This document shows, piece by piece, positions 7,881 through 17,300 of a DNA stretch of 26,264 bases. Under the pieces are notes generated by a model. The model saw only the letters and a program-made list of their open reading frames with translations, was not told the origin of the DNA and made no database searches. The position numbers and the translations under genes were made by a program. The DNA comes from an uncultured archaeon (GTDB lineage Archaea > Asgardarchaeota > Lokiarchaeia > Sigyniarchaeales > Promethearchaeaceae), in the NCBI GenBank assembly GCA_964426185.1, contig CAYRPF010000011.1:31862-58125 (forward strand), read 5' to 3'. The stretch's first letter is position 1, and each line of letters opens with the position of its first letter.

Positions 7881-9674
7881 CTAATGGAATAAATATAGGA
7901 ACCTTTCCATATAATATAAAAACACTTGATTATAGTATCCGGGAAAATACATATCTGATGCATGACCTGCAAATGGAAAAATCAATAGGCCGCAATCATC
8001 TCGACCATAATCAAAATAGGTGTGTTGGAATTGAATGGCTTTTGGAAGCAAAGGATCCTTATCACCTTGGAAAATTAAACATGGAGGGCTGCTAGCATTT
8101 ACCAATAGATTAGGATCAACCCATTCCGGCCTACTACTAATAGAAAATTCATGTTGGGGATTATTTGCGGGATAATAGGGAATTAAACCTTTTATAGTAT
8201 ATGCCTTAGAAAACTCGGAGTAATTCTTGTGGGCTAAACTTAAAGCCGCTGCACAAGTTAATTGTCCACCCGCAGATCCTCCAGAGACAAATGTTGAACC
8301 CAGATTCGCTCCAAATTCTGAGGCATGAATCTTCAAATACTTAGTGAAATTTCCGATATGTCGCATAATATCATCAATCGAGAAGTTTCCCATCACATGT
8401 TCTGGATGGGGCAGATTCTTAAATAAGTCTGACACATTATTCAACCCGTACTGAATATCAAAAACACAATACCCTTGAGAGGCAAAATACCGATTCATTT
8501 CATTTACATTCATAAATCCCTTATCTCCGACCACCCAACCACCTCCATGAATTCGAATGAGAGTGCTATTTTGACCAGGTAACCCAATTCCTCTATTAGG
8601 AGGTAGAAATGCATCAAAATATAACGTAATATCTTTATCTTGTGGATAAGCAGATTCACTCCCATTGAAATAAAGAATATCTTTGAATGTAATGCAATCG
8701 TAGGTTGAAGGCCCCCAGAAATATTCTGAGAGAATAAAAGGTGAAGAGCGGAAGTATTGGGCTTTTATTGAGGGATCAATACTTCCTTGCCAATCCCCAG
8801 CAAATTCCGGATTAAAAGCCCGTTCAAATTCCATACGGGTTGATTTAATAAATGCAGGTGTAGAAACTAAAGGGATAAACCCAATAGATGAAATCATCAA
8901 TCCTAGAGTAAAAACTGAGATGATCAAGGGGTTTTTCTTTGAAATAATGAACTGCTGCATATGGTTAAAAATTTTGGATGAAGTTGAGATTTCGAGGTAA
9001 GTACTATGAATGATTGCCACCATGCTTATAGCGGTCAGCGTAAATCCAATTAAACCGAAAAAAGTACCCAACATCCCTGCAACTATGCCAATACCAAAAA
9101 GACGGGGCATAGAAGTTCCTGGAACGAAAATTCCTATATCAACATATATTAATAAAACAAATCCACTCACTACGATCACCCAGTGTAGTATGGTAATCGC
9201 ATTATGGAATTTTTTTCTTAATGAAGAAGTCTGTAATTGGCTTTTTGAATTATTTATTTCTTGGTTTTTTAAATTGAACTGAATTAGACCACTATAAATA
9301 TAAATTCCAATTAAAATGTTAATGAACCAAAATAAAACAAAATTAAGACTCTTCATCAACAGATTTTGGAAGATTAAATCATCATAACCGATGAAATTTA
9401 CCATGAAAGCAGCAAAATACCATAAAAGCATGCAAAAAAGAAGCGAAAATGATAACCTTGCATATTTTCGGGCAATAACCTTAGAAGTTTTTTGATAAAT
9501 TTGATTAATTACCATGAAAAGCGCAGTTAAATAATAGAAAATACTAATAATAATAAAAATTCCAACTATGTTCCACAAAATTGCCGATTCAAGAGAGAAT
9601 AAATAAATCAGAGAGAAAATGATATTGAGAAAAGGAATTATGAAAGCTATAATTAATTGCTGCAATTTTCTCAT
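7881..9674 (-). CDS. Membrane-anchored alpha/beta hydrolase (HSL-like esterase/lipase)
   Basis: About 7 hydrophobic segments in the N-terminal half. The C-terminal domain has HGGGW, nucleophile GGSAG, GDKD and AGHA, so the triad appears intact. Confidence 0.88.
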   Translation of the reverse strand: MRKLQQLIIAFIIPFLNIIFSLIYLFSLESAILWNIVGIFIIISIFYYLTALFMVINQIYQKTSKVIARKYARLSFSLLFCMLLWYFAAFMVNFIGYDDLIFQNLLMKSLNFVLFWFINILIGIYIYSGLIQFNLKNQEINNSKSQLQTSSLRKKFHNAITILHWVIVVSGFVLLIYVDIGIFVPGTSMPRLFGIGIVAGMLGTFFGLIGFTLTAISMVAIIHSTYLEISTSSKIFNHMQQFIISKKNPLIISVFTLGLMISSIGFIPLVSTPAFIKSTRMEFERAFNPEFAGDWQGSIDPSIKAQYFRSSPFILSEYFWGPSTYDCITFKDILYFNGSESAYPQDKDITLYFDAFLPPNRGIGLPGQNSTLIRIHGGGWVVGDKGFMNVNEMNRYFASQGYCVFDIQYGLNNVSDLFKNLPHPEHVMGNFSIDDIMRHIGNFTKYLKIHASEFGANLGSTFVSGGSAGGQLTCAAALSLAHKNYSEFSKAYTIKGLIPYYPANNPQHEFSISSRPEWVDPNLLVNASSPPCLIFQGDKDPLLPKAIQFQHTYFDYGRDDCGLLIFPFAGHASDMYFPGYYNQVFLYYMERFLYLFH

Positions 9675-9750
9675 ATTTTGTTATTTAATCAATTTCTATT
9701 TAATGTTTTTGGAATGATTTATTGGATTTTATTCAATAAACAAAATATAA

Positions 9751-9770
9751 TAAATAACAGTTGTTATTTA
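9751..9770. promoter_or_regulatory. Perfect 9-2-9 inverted repeat, probable operator
   Basis: TAAATAACA-GT-TGTTATTTA lies 10 bp before ATG 9781. An extra half-site TGTTATTTA at 9679-9687 sits next to the divergent start at 9674. Confidence 0.55.
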
Positions 9771-9780
9771 AACATAACAG

Positions 9781-10707
9781 ATGCCGAGAAAAATTAATCT
9801 AAATAAAATAAATTATGCAAAAACTCTACTTGAAACAGGCCTTTCAATTCGACAAATTCAAAGTGAATTAAGACGAATTTTTGGCTCTGGAATGTCACCT
9901 AATCAATTAATAGAAATAAGAAATCAAATTAAAGATAGAAAAGAAGAAATTACACCATCTACTTCCTCGCGACAATATCTTCATCAATCTCTTCCAAGTT
10001 CAGTGGATATACGTTATTTTGCTGATCAATTCACACGTAGCATGAATGAATTTACAGAACAACTTAAAACTCAACAAATTTTGCTGGACGAATTGAGTAA
10101 TCGTCTTCCGCCTCGAAAATCATTAAAATCTTCTTCCCTTCCTTTTTCTACTTCTCCTATAACAAATTCTCCTTCATCCGAATCAAGCTCTTTTTCATCT
10201 TCGTCTCCAGACACTTTGTTATTTGATCCTAATTCTTCAGATTTTGATGTTGAAATGGAGGAAAAACTTCTCGATATTCCTTTACCCCGTATCCTTTTCT
10301 TTTTAGAACAGCGAGAAAAACAGATATTATCATTTTTATCCAAGAAGAAGGCAAATCTCCATCAAATTGAGGAGCATTTAGGATTACCAAGGCAAATTAC
10401 TGAGAGAATTCTTCAATACTTGGAATATCAAGGGAAAATCTATTCACTTATTGAAAACCACACTAAAATGTTCCAAATACAGTCTAATGAAAATGTAGAT
10501 GAAGATGAAATGTCGTTGTACTATACTTTTCTCATTAATGTTTTACTTAAGCGTGTTTCTGATGAAATAAAAGCCATGTTACCTAGTGAGAATAAAAAAA
10601 TTTCCCCTATACAATTTCCTCTAAATCGTTTGAATTTAATAAAAGTAGCATTATGGAAAGTTTGGCAAAATTTAGAAAATGAATTTGTATCTTATTTTTT
10701 ATCTTAA
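9781..10707 (+). CDS. Hypothetical protein with N-terminal HTH-like segment, Ser-rich linker and internal winged helix
   Basis: LLETGLSIRQIQSELRRIFG (HTH-like); SSSLPFSTSPITNSPSSESSSFSSSSP; ILSFLSKKKANLHQIEEHLGLPRQITERILQYLEYQGKI (wHTH). Confidence 0.7.
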   Translation: MPRKINLNKINYAKTLLETGLSIRQIQSELRRIFGSGMSPNQLIEIRNQIKDRKEEITPSTSSRQYLHQSLPSSVDIRYFADQFTRSMNEFTEQLKTQQILLDELSNRLPPRKSLKSSSLPFSTSPITNSPSSESSSFSSSSPDTLLFDPNSSDFDVEMEEKLLDIPLPRILFFLEQREKQILSFLSKKKANLHQIEEHLGLPRQITERILQYLEYQGKIYSLIENHTKMFQIQSNENVDEDEMSLYYTFLINVLLKRVSDEIKAMLPSENKKISPIQFPLNRLNLIKVALWKVWQNLENEFVSYFLS

Positions 10708-11189
10708 TTTGAAAGATTTTCAGAATTTTCAAGAGATTTTGGGTTGATAGACGATTCATTAGACATCTCAACATGAAAAGTGATCGGTTTTATCTCATCA
10801 GAGCATACCACGTTGTAAGTTTTTATCCAAACATCTACACGAGTAAGCAAATCTTCTGCTCCGCACGGCATTAAAAGAATGTCTTCGAACATATACTTAA
10901 CTTTCTCGTCTATATCATGATAATGTTTTTTGAGAGACAAACCTATTGCAGGAATATTCATAAAGTGCTCAGAACTTTTAATTTTGTCCAAAATGTTTTG
11001 CAAACCAATCCAAGGTCGATCGGTATTGATGAGAAATAATTTTATGTTCCAATTCGGACTCAACAAATCTAATGAATCAAAATTATCTAGTGGGATTATA
11101 TTATATTTAGAATTCAAATGAGAATCTAGTATTTCAAAGAATTTCGAATCTGTGGCGATAAGGATTATAGTGCCACTCTTATACATCAT
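10704..11189 (-). CDS. Atypical (pseudo) response-regulator receiver protein
   Basis: CheY-like order of elements: ILIATDS, FLINTDRP, IKSSEHFMNIPAIGLS, EDILLMPCGAEDLLTRV. Start at ATG 11189/11186 or 11225. Confidence 0.68.
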   Translation of the reverse strand: MMYKSGTIILIATDSKFFEILDSHLNSKYNIIPLDNFDSLDLLSPNWNIKLFLINTDRPWIGLQNILDKIKSSEHFMNIPAIGLSLKKHYHDIDEKVKYMFEDILLMPCGAEDLLTRVDVWIKTYNVVCSDEIKPITFHVEMSNESSINPKSLENSENLSN

Positions 11190-11343
11190 ATTAATTATAT
11201 TTAGTTGCTGAGGAATATAAATCAAGTTATTTCGTGATTAAAAAAAGTAGGGAGATCTCTTCATAAAGCTATGTAAAAAGCATTCTAAACAATTTGATTC
11301 ATAATTTTTTTATAGTTACGCAATTTCTTTTCAGTGATAACCC

Positions 11344-11601
11344 ATGCTGTATCAAACCAATGTACTGGAAAAGTGGGGTCAAAGCATCAAAGAAACCTTC
11401 CAAAATATGGATTATAACGGATTTTGGGGATGGATTTTAGTCATATTAGGTATTATTACTCTTTTCATATTGATTCTTTTTACCCAATACAAACGTCCAG
11501 AGCGGGATTCCATTAAATTTACAGCAATTACATTAGTTGTTGCCAGTGTATTTTTAGGCTTTGGATTGCACATGATTTTAATCGCTCGCGGAATTTGGTG
11601 A
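11344..11601 (+). CDS. OST5/TMEM258-like two-TM protein (putative oligosaccharyltransferase accessory subunit)
   Basis: 85 aa with two TM helices. VVASVFLGFGLHMILIARGIW aligns ungapped with the recalled TMEM258 segment [21 protein letters not shown]. Confidence 0.68.
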   Translation: MLYQTNVLEKWGQSIKETFQNMDYNGFWGWILVILGIITLFILILFTQYKRPERDSIKFTAITLVVASVFLGFGLHMILIARGIW

Positions 11602-11721
11602 TAACCAAACCAATTTTTTCTTGTTAATCTTCTCTATCTATTCTGTAGTTGCTCTTAACATACTCCTTGGATTTTTATATGATCTTTTATATGATCCAAA
11701 ATTATCTAAAACGATGATTGT

Positions 11722-12159
11722 ATGATTTTACAAACAAGTATTTTTCTAACGATTGTATATATACTAATTGCAAGTATTTTATTATGGCTGATGATTTGGC
11801 TGGCTGCACGTTTGATTATTTCGAAATCCTACGCGGTTGATAAGAAATTTCTCTTATTGATTTCCGCTTTGGTATTAGTTATAGTCATCCCTATAGTGGG
11901 AAGTGGAGCAAGTTATGTCTTAGGACTGATTGGAAATGCATTTGCAGGATTACGCGATTTAATCACACCTGGTCAAGGGCGCAACTACGTAGTGCAGTTA
12001 GTCCCCATCGTGGTTTTCTTTGTATTTTTGGTAATCTTAAAGTTTTTAGCGGGAATGGAATGGCGCGATGCCACTTGGATATCCTTTATCAGTTTACTCT
12101 TGCTCTATTGTCTGTATTCATTAGTTCCAGAATTAGATTTTATGGGATCATTAGTATAA
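11722..12159 (+). CDS. Hypothetical membrane protein (about 4 TM)
   Basis: 145 aa, strongly hydrophobic, with a short LKFLAGMEWRDA loop before the last TM. Confidence 0.78.
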   Translation: MILQTSIFLTIVYILIASILLWLMIWLAARLIISKSYAVDKKFLLLISALVLVIVIPIVGSGASYVLGLIGNAFAGLRDLITPGQGRNYVVQLVPIVVFFVFLVILKFLAGMEWRDATWISFISLLLLYCLYSLVPELDFMGSLV

Positions 12160-12214
12160 TTTTAAATACATTATTTTTTTTACAAATTTTCCTATATTTT
12201 TTGACCTTTTCTTT

Positions 12215-13039
12215 TTATTCGGAAGTATCTTCATCTTCAACAATTTCCTTACAATGCCCAGTTTGAATTAACTCTGGTTTATCGAGAATAAGAAGGATTT
12301 TACGAAAAAAATTGCGAAGATACTCAAATTCTTGCTCAGTAACTAAAGCCCTACCAATTATATTTTTAAAACCAGTTAATGTACGAGAACGACGATATTC
12401 GGCCAAGGGTAATTGGGGCAAAATGTCAGAAATTATCGATAAGATATTCTCTTTTAATTGTGGACCAGCGATATTAACATTTCGCCATTCTTTTTTAGAT
12501 TTATTAGAGAATTCATCTGAAAAATAGATATAGGATAGAATTACGGCAACTGCATGCGAAAGATTTAAAGTAGGATACACCGGATCGCTGGGAATTCGAA
12601 TGAGAAAATCCATATGTTGTAGTTCGGAATTAGTGAGACCTGTTGATTCCCGGCCAAAAACAATTGCGATTCGTTCAGAATTAGGTAATTGAGATAAGTC
12701 GAAATTGGTCAAATCTATGGGCATCCGAGTAATATTTTTATATGTAATTCCTTTAGCACTGGTTCCTATTATAACCTTAAAGGAATGGAAAAAATCTTTC
12801 AACCAGTTATGATATGAATCCAGCCAATTTTTTTGGTGCTCAAACTTGTAGATTTCTGCGTGCTCTAAAACATCTGCAGCATGCATCGCAAATCCAAAGG
12901 CAACATCAGAGTGCGGATCTGCTAATGGATTTATTAGAATTAAGTTGAAAAAGCCGAAATTCTTCATCACTCTCGCAACTGCTCCAATATTTCCTGAATT
13001 CTCCGTACTTATAAGCACAATTGAAATTTTATCATTCAT
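12215..13039 (-). CDS. trmJ: SPOUT RNA 2'-O-methyltransferase, TrmJ/TrmH family
   Basis: NSGNIGAVARVMKNFG, VFGRESTGLTN, IPSDPVYPTLNLSHAV, plus a C-terminal helical extension. Confidence 0.88.
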   Translation of the reverse strand: MNDKISIVLISTENSGNIGAVARVMKNFGFFNLILINPLADPHSDVAFGFAMHAADVLEHAEIYKFEHQKNWLDSYHNWLKDFFHSFKVIIGTSAKGITYKNITRMPIDLTNFDLSQLPNSERIAIVFGRESTGLTNSELQHMDFLIRIPSDPVYPTLNLSHAVAVILSYIYFSDEFSNKSKKEWRNVNIAGPQLKENILSIISDILPQLPLAEYRRSRTLTGFKNIIGRALVTEQEFEYLRNFFRKILLILDKPELIQTGHCKEIVEDEDTSE

Positions 13040-14354
13040 CAGCGGAAGATTCCTGGATTAATTCGATAATTGATTTTGAAGATGCCTCAGTGGGTGAAGA
13101 AAAAAATGATAGTGATATTCGTTCTAAATGACTTTTCATAATGGTAGTCAATTTCTGGAAAAGATCCAAAAAGCGGTCCTTCATAGCTGGGTTTATGGCA
13201 GTTTGGAAGAAAATAATTAAAGCACCCGAAAAATTATATTCATTGCTACGAAAAGGAACTGCCAGAAATGCACCTTCCTTCATTTTTTTCAATTCTTCTC
13301 TTAAAGAACCAGCCAATATTGGAACCATATCCGAAATTGATGAAAAAAATACTGGTTCATTTTGATTAATTGGGTTTTTCAACCATGATTGATTATCCAG
13401 CGAAAAGGAATGAAAACCTTCCAGAAGAAGAGAACCTGGACTTAAATTACTCCAATGGGCAAGAGATTTAAGGTAATTGGTGGAAGGATCTAATACGGAG
13501 AAGAGAAGGTAATTTGCAGTTAAATTAAGATTCCGAAGATAATCATCAGGGTTCATCAATTTTCCTATCATGGCAAAATTTGTCTTCAAATGGTTAATTA
13601 ATTCGTTTTCAGGTGTGGTAATTAGAGTAGTGGCAATATTTAGCAAAACTTGCTCGAAAGCAATTCGATATTGAATTTCTTGTTGTAATATAGTAGTTTC
13701 TGTTACATCTTGACAATTAAGAACTAAGCCGCCAATTTCAGGAGTAGTACGTAAATCGGTAATAGCGGCTTCAATATAATGATATTTCCCGTTAGCGTCC
13801 AAAAAGCGGAAATTAATAGTTTCCTGCACCATTTCATTATTAAAAATACGTAGTAAATTATCGATAATGCCCCTATCTTCGGGATGAACAAGGTTCAAGG
13901 TTTTTTTCTCATCAAATTCGCTGGCCGGAATACCCGTGATTCGTTCTACACTATCACTAATAAAATGGATTCTTATTTTTTGGGGAGCACGAAGTTGTAA
14001 GACAATAATAACATCATTTGAATTTTCAATAAGTGCACGATAGTATTTCTCCCATTTATTCAATCCTTCCTCAGACCACTTGTAAAGTTTTGCTGGTCCG
14101 ATGGTTTTTAGTTCAACACGTCCCAAGAGTTCTAAAATCTCCAACTGTTTGGCAATCCAATTCCGATTCAATTTAGTTAGTTCTTTTAAATCGGTGATGG
14201 TGAGACCATCGGTGTGTTCCTTAAGAGTGTCTTCTAGAAATTGTAATAATTCAGCGGAAACTTCCTTTTTAGTCATCGATAATTCAGCAGAAATCTCATT
14301 CAATCCAATAGTTTCCTTTTTTTGTGTTTCAATATATGTTCGTACTCGTTTCAT
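13032..14354 (-). CDS. wHTH-PAS-GAF sensor/one-component regulator
   Basis: GLTITDLKELTKLNRNWIAKQLEILELLGRVELKTIGPAKLY (wHTH); YRALIENSNDVI...VHPEDR...CQDVTE (PAS/PAC); RIAFEQVLLNIATTLI...AFLAVPF...GALII (GAF-like). No kinase domain. Confidence 0.82.
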   Translation of the reverse strand: MKRVRTYIETQKKETIGLNEISAELSMTKKEVSAELLQFLEDTLKEHTDGLTITDLKELTKLNRNWIAKQLEILELLGRVELKTIGPAKLYKWSEEGLNKWEKYYRALIENSNDVIIVLQLRAPQKIRIHFISDSVERITGIPASEFDEKKTLNLVHPEDRGIIDNLLRIFNNEMVQETINFRFLDANGKYHYIEAAITDLRTTPEIGGLVLNCQDVTETTILQQEIQYRIAFEQVLLNIATTLITTPENELINHLKTNFAMIGKLMNPDDYLRNLNLTANYLLFSVLDPSTNYLKSLAHWSNLSPGSLLLEGFHSFSLDNQSWLKNPINQNEPVFFSSISDMVPILAGSLREELKKMKEGAFLAVPFRSNEYNFSGALIIFFQTAINPAMKDRFLDLFQKLTTIMKSHLERISLSFFSSPTEASSKSIIELIQESSADE

Positions 14355-14537
14355 TAGGAAGCCTCAAAATTATGTTGTTACAAAATAAATTTTTGAGCGA
14401 TAAAAAAGTTAGCAAATTTGCATTGCAAAGTTACCTCATGCACTTTTTGAAGTAAAAAAATGTAAAATTCAAGGAAATTACTGAATTCTAAATTTTTAAG
14501 AGAAAAATGAGAATAAATTTTAGCTCTAAAGAAAAAA

Positions 14538-16634
14538 TCAGGCATGAGTTCCAAATTGGTTAGTAATATTATTAAAAAGCGCTTCCCATTTGCTACTTTT
14601 CTTATAAAATACCGCGGGATAACCAATAGGAACATTGATCTTAAAACTACCAGACGCAAATTCAATACCAGACCACAAATGCACCCATCCATCTTCGGGT
14701 AAATAAAGCGTCTTTTGTACAGTTCCTTCTTTCATTATTGGTGCAACCCAAAGTTCTGGTCCTAAAAGATATTGATCCATCAAATTGGATAGATTAGGAT
14801 CATCTGGATAATGCAAAATAGGTGCTCTTATAACCGGCCATCCATGATGTTGATATTCTTGAATACACATTTCCAAATAAGGCAAAATTGCTATATGAAC
14901 TTGACACATGCGCTTACAAATTTTCAAGGTTTCTGCATCTGAATCAATACTCCACCATGTTGAAGATGGAAATCCCCCTCCAAAATGCATTATTAAAGAA
15001 AAAGCGGCAAATTCAGTCCATCGCAAAAAAAGCTCTTTAGATCGTTTGATACTCCCTCCTAATCCCCAACCACCTACTATGGAATGATGATATCCCAAAC
15101 CACTTAATCCTGCAGAAATTGCTGATGTTATCGCCGCACCAAATCCCTTAGAATAATCCCAACTAGGGTTTAAAACTCCTGCAGATATGATTGAAGTGAA
15201 TGAAAGCGCATTTTGATGTCCTACGGCTGTGAAAAAAATCCTTTCTTCTGGTTTATCAATATTTTTCGATATTTGAGAGTTTTGAATAGCTTCATAGCAT
15301 GTTTGAGCTAGTAATCCTGGATATTGATTATGAAGTTCATATGGATCTTCTCTTTCATGTGCCACAGAATCGATAGGATTTTGATCGCTATCTCCTCCAA
15401 ACCAACCAGAAAATCCTACATTTTCTATTAATTCCTTTTGTAAAGTGTTGGCAAACCATGCACGAGCTTTGGGCAGAGTTAGATCAATCACCGCATTATC
15501 TTGATTTCCTTGGTGTATGATATATTCTGTATCGAATTTTGTACTAAGAAGATGAGATTTATCTGGAATATCTTGATATATATCACCTTTCCGGTTTAAG
15601 AAGCCATTTACATATCCTAACACGTGTACACCTTTCTTATTAAAGTTGTCAACCAATTTGGGTAAATTAGGATACCGAATCGGCCGGTTTGAACCGTTCC
15701 ACTTCCAATCCCAAAATAAGAGCGGTTCAGTTTTATTCATTTTCACTCCCGCCCAATCAGGGCACCAAACTGCCGTAACAGTGATACCAGCTTCTTCTAA
15801 GGCGTTAACTTTAATTTCCAGTTTAGTCTCGGTTTTACTTTCAGCTTCATTTTCGATTTCTTCTTGAATTTGAATCAAATCGCCTGAAACAGTTAAACAA
15901 ACGCCATTTAACACCCATTTTGGAAGAATTGGTTGTCGACCTATCTTGGAAGTTAAATATGTCAAAAGATTCAGAGGATGATTATCATTTTTTATGAGAA
16001 TTTGATCTGGTATGCCCCAAAAATACATCTCATGAAACTGTCCTTTTTTCCCTGTACAATGAAAAGCAATTTCTCCATAAAGAAATGTGTTGATCCAACA
16101 CAAATAATTCATTTCCTTCGCAATAGCTAGAAAAACAGGTAAAGGAAAGGAACTTATACCTTCAGTTACTTTAATTTTCCTTTTATTCCGTACAAATGCA
16201 AAGCGATTATGGATGAATAATGAAATTTTTTGATTATTTAGACATACTCGTCCGAATTGCTGCCCTCCACCATAGACATTTTCATCCATGTGCGATGGAA
16301 GATGAATCCAAATTCGATTTACATCATGATTCTCAGATTTAAAAGTTATTAAAAGCTCATCACCAGCTCGGAATTCCATTTTGATGCTTTCATAGGTATC
16401 TGAATTAGAAAATTGGAAAACTACTCGATTTTGAGTATTAACTTCGACAGAAAAGCGATTCATGGGAATTCTACGTTGGATTTTTTCAGAAATATTAACT
16501 AAACCCGTTTTAATTTTTGGTTTAGGTGTGCTAATTCCCAAAATCACAGCAGGTTCATCATTTCGGTGGGAAAAGAACAAAGAATTTTGGTAGTACAAAT
16601 CGAAGCGATTTCCAGATTTGGCTAAATGTATCAT
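14538..16634 (-). CDS. GH31 glycoside hydrolase, YihQ/sulfoquinovosidase-like, catalytic residues substituted
   Basis: VYGGGQQF, GRQPILPKW, DWAG...WDWKWN...YPNL, LGYVN, HNQYP, KELFLRWTEFAAF, DQYLLGPELWVAP, WVHLWSG, PIGYPAVFY. Confidence 0.85.
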   Translation of the reverse strand: MIHLAKSGNRFDLYYQNSLFFSHRNDEPAVILGISTPKPKIKTGLVNISEKIQRRIPMNRFSVEVNTQNRVVFQFSNSDTYESIKMEFRAGDELLITFKSENHDVNRIWIHLPSHMDENVYGGGQQFGRVCLNNQKISLFIHNRFAFVRNKRKIKVTEGISSFPLPVFLAIAKEMNYLCWINTFLYGEIAFHCTGKKGQFHEMYFWGIPDQILIKNDNHPLNLLTYLTSKIGRQPILPKWVLNGVCLTVSGDLIQIQEEIENEAESKTETKLEIKVNALEEAGITVTAVWCPDWAGVKMNKTEPLLFWDWKWNGSNRPIRYPNLPKLVDNFNKKGVHVLGYVNGFLNRKGDIYQDIPDKSHLLSTKFDTEYIIHQGNQDNAVIDLTLPKARAWFANTLQKELIENVGFSGWFGGDSDQNPIDSVAHEREDPYELHNQYPGLLAQTCYEAIQNSQISKNIDKPEERIFFTAVGHQNALSFTSIISAGVLNPSWDYSKGFGAAITSAISAGLSGLGYHHSIVGGWGLGGSIKRSKELFLRWTEFAAFSLIMHFGGGFPSSTWWSIDSDAETLKICKRMCQVHIAILPYLEMCIQEYQHHGWPVIRAPILHYPDDPNLSNLMDQYLLGPELWVAPIMKEGTVQKTLYLPEDGWVHLWSGIEFASGSFKINVPIGYPAVFYKKSSKWEALFNNITNQFGTHA

Positions 16635-17251
16635 TTCTGAAGCATCCTTGCAGAATATTAATTTTTACGATATATTCAACGGGGAAGTATTTAAAATTTT
16701 TAGCTTTAGCCTAAGTTGAGTTTAATAAAAAGAACTTCATAAGAAAATTAATAAAAAAACACCATTGACACATTTTTAACCATATTTCACCCTAATCTTC
16801 CGAGTATGGAATATAGATAATCTAGAAGATTGTTTATTTTAATTTAGATTTGTTTTATGCACAGCAAAATGTAAAATTAGATTTCTATGGAGTTATGAGT
16901 GATTAATTCAACCTAGTTCATTAATAGATCAATATTTCCTATATATGTTCTTTTCCAAATGCTGACGAAGAATATGTGAGAAATAGCTCTCTATCAATTG
17001 GTATTCTGAAAAATAGATTTTTTACTACTTTCTTTTTCTAGATGTATATATTGTACGAAAATGTATACAGATAGCTGAATATAAATTACGATAATCATTT
17101 TTTTATTGGGCAAAAATTTAAGAATGCCCAATCAAATACAGTTAAGAAGAATATGATTACGAAGAATTAAATGTATTCATTGAAAACATTTTAACCATTT
17201 GTAAGTGGCTAAAACTAATCCATAGTCTTAAATAATTGAGTTCCATTATTA

Positions 17252-17278
17252 TATTAATAATTTCTAAAATTATTAATA
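17252..17278. promoter_or_regulatory. Perfect 12-3-12 inverted repeat upstream of the ArsR gene, possible operator
   Basis: TATTAATAATTT-CTA-AAATTATTAATA. The arms are pure A/T, so chance occurrence cannot be excluded. Confidence 0.4.
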
Positions 17279-17300
17279 AGATCTTTGATCAAATAAAATA

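Noticed and set aside
7772-8095. ORFs 7772-7972 and 7847-8095
   Set aside because: They overlap the esterase 3' end and show no motifs.
14378-14692. 104-aa ORF overlapping the GH31 3' end
   Set aside because: Alternative-frame run-through into intergenic DNA with F/L/K-biased composition.
16635-17250. Long intergenic region as a pseudogene, ncRNA or mobile-element remnant
   Set aside because: No sizeable ORF, terminal repeats or GC-rich stems were recognisable.
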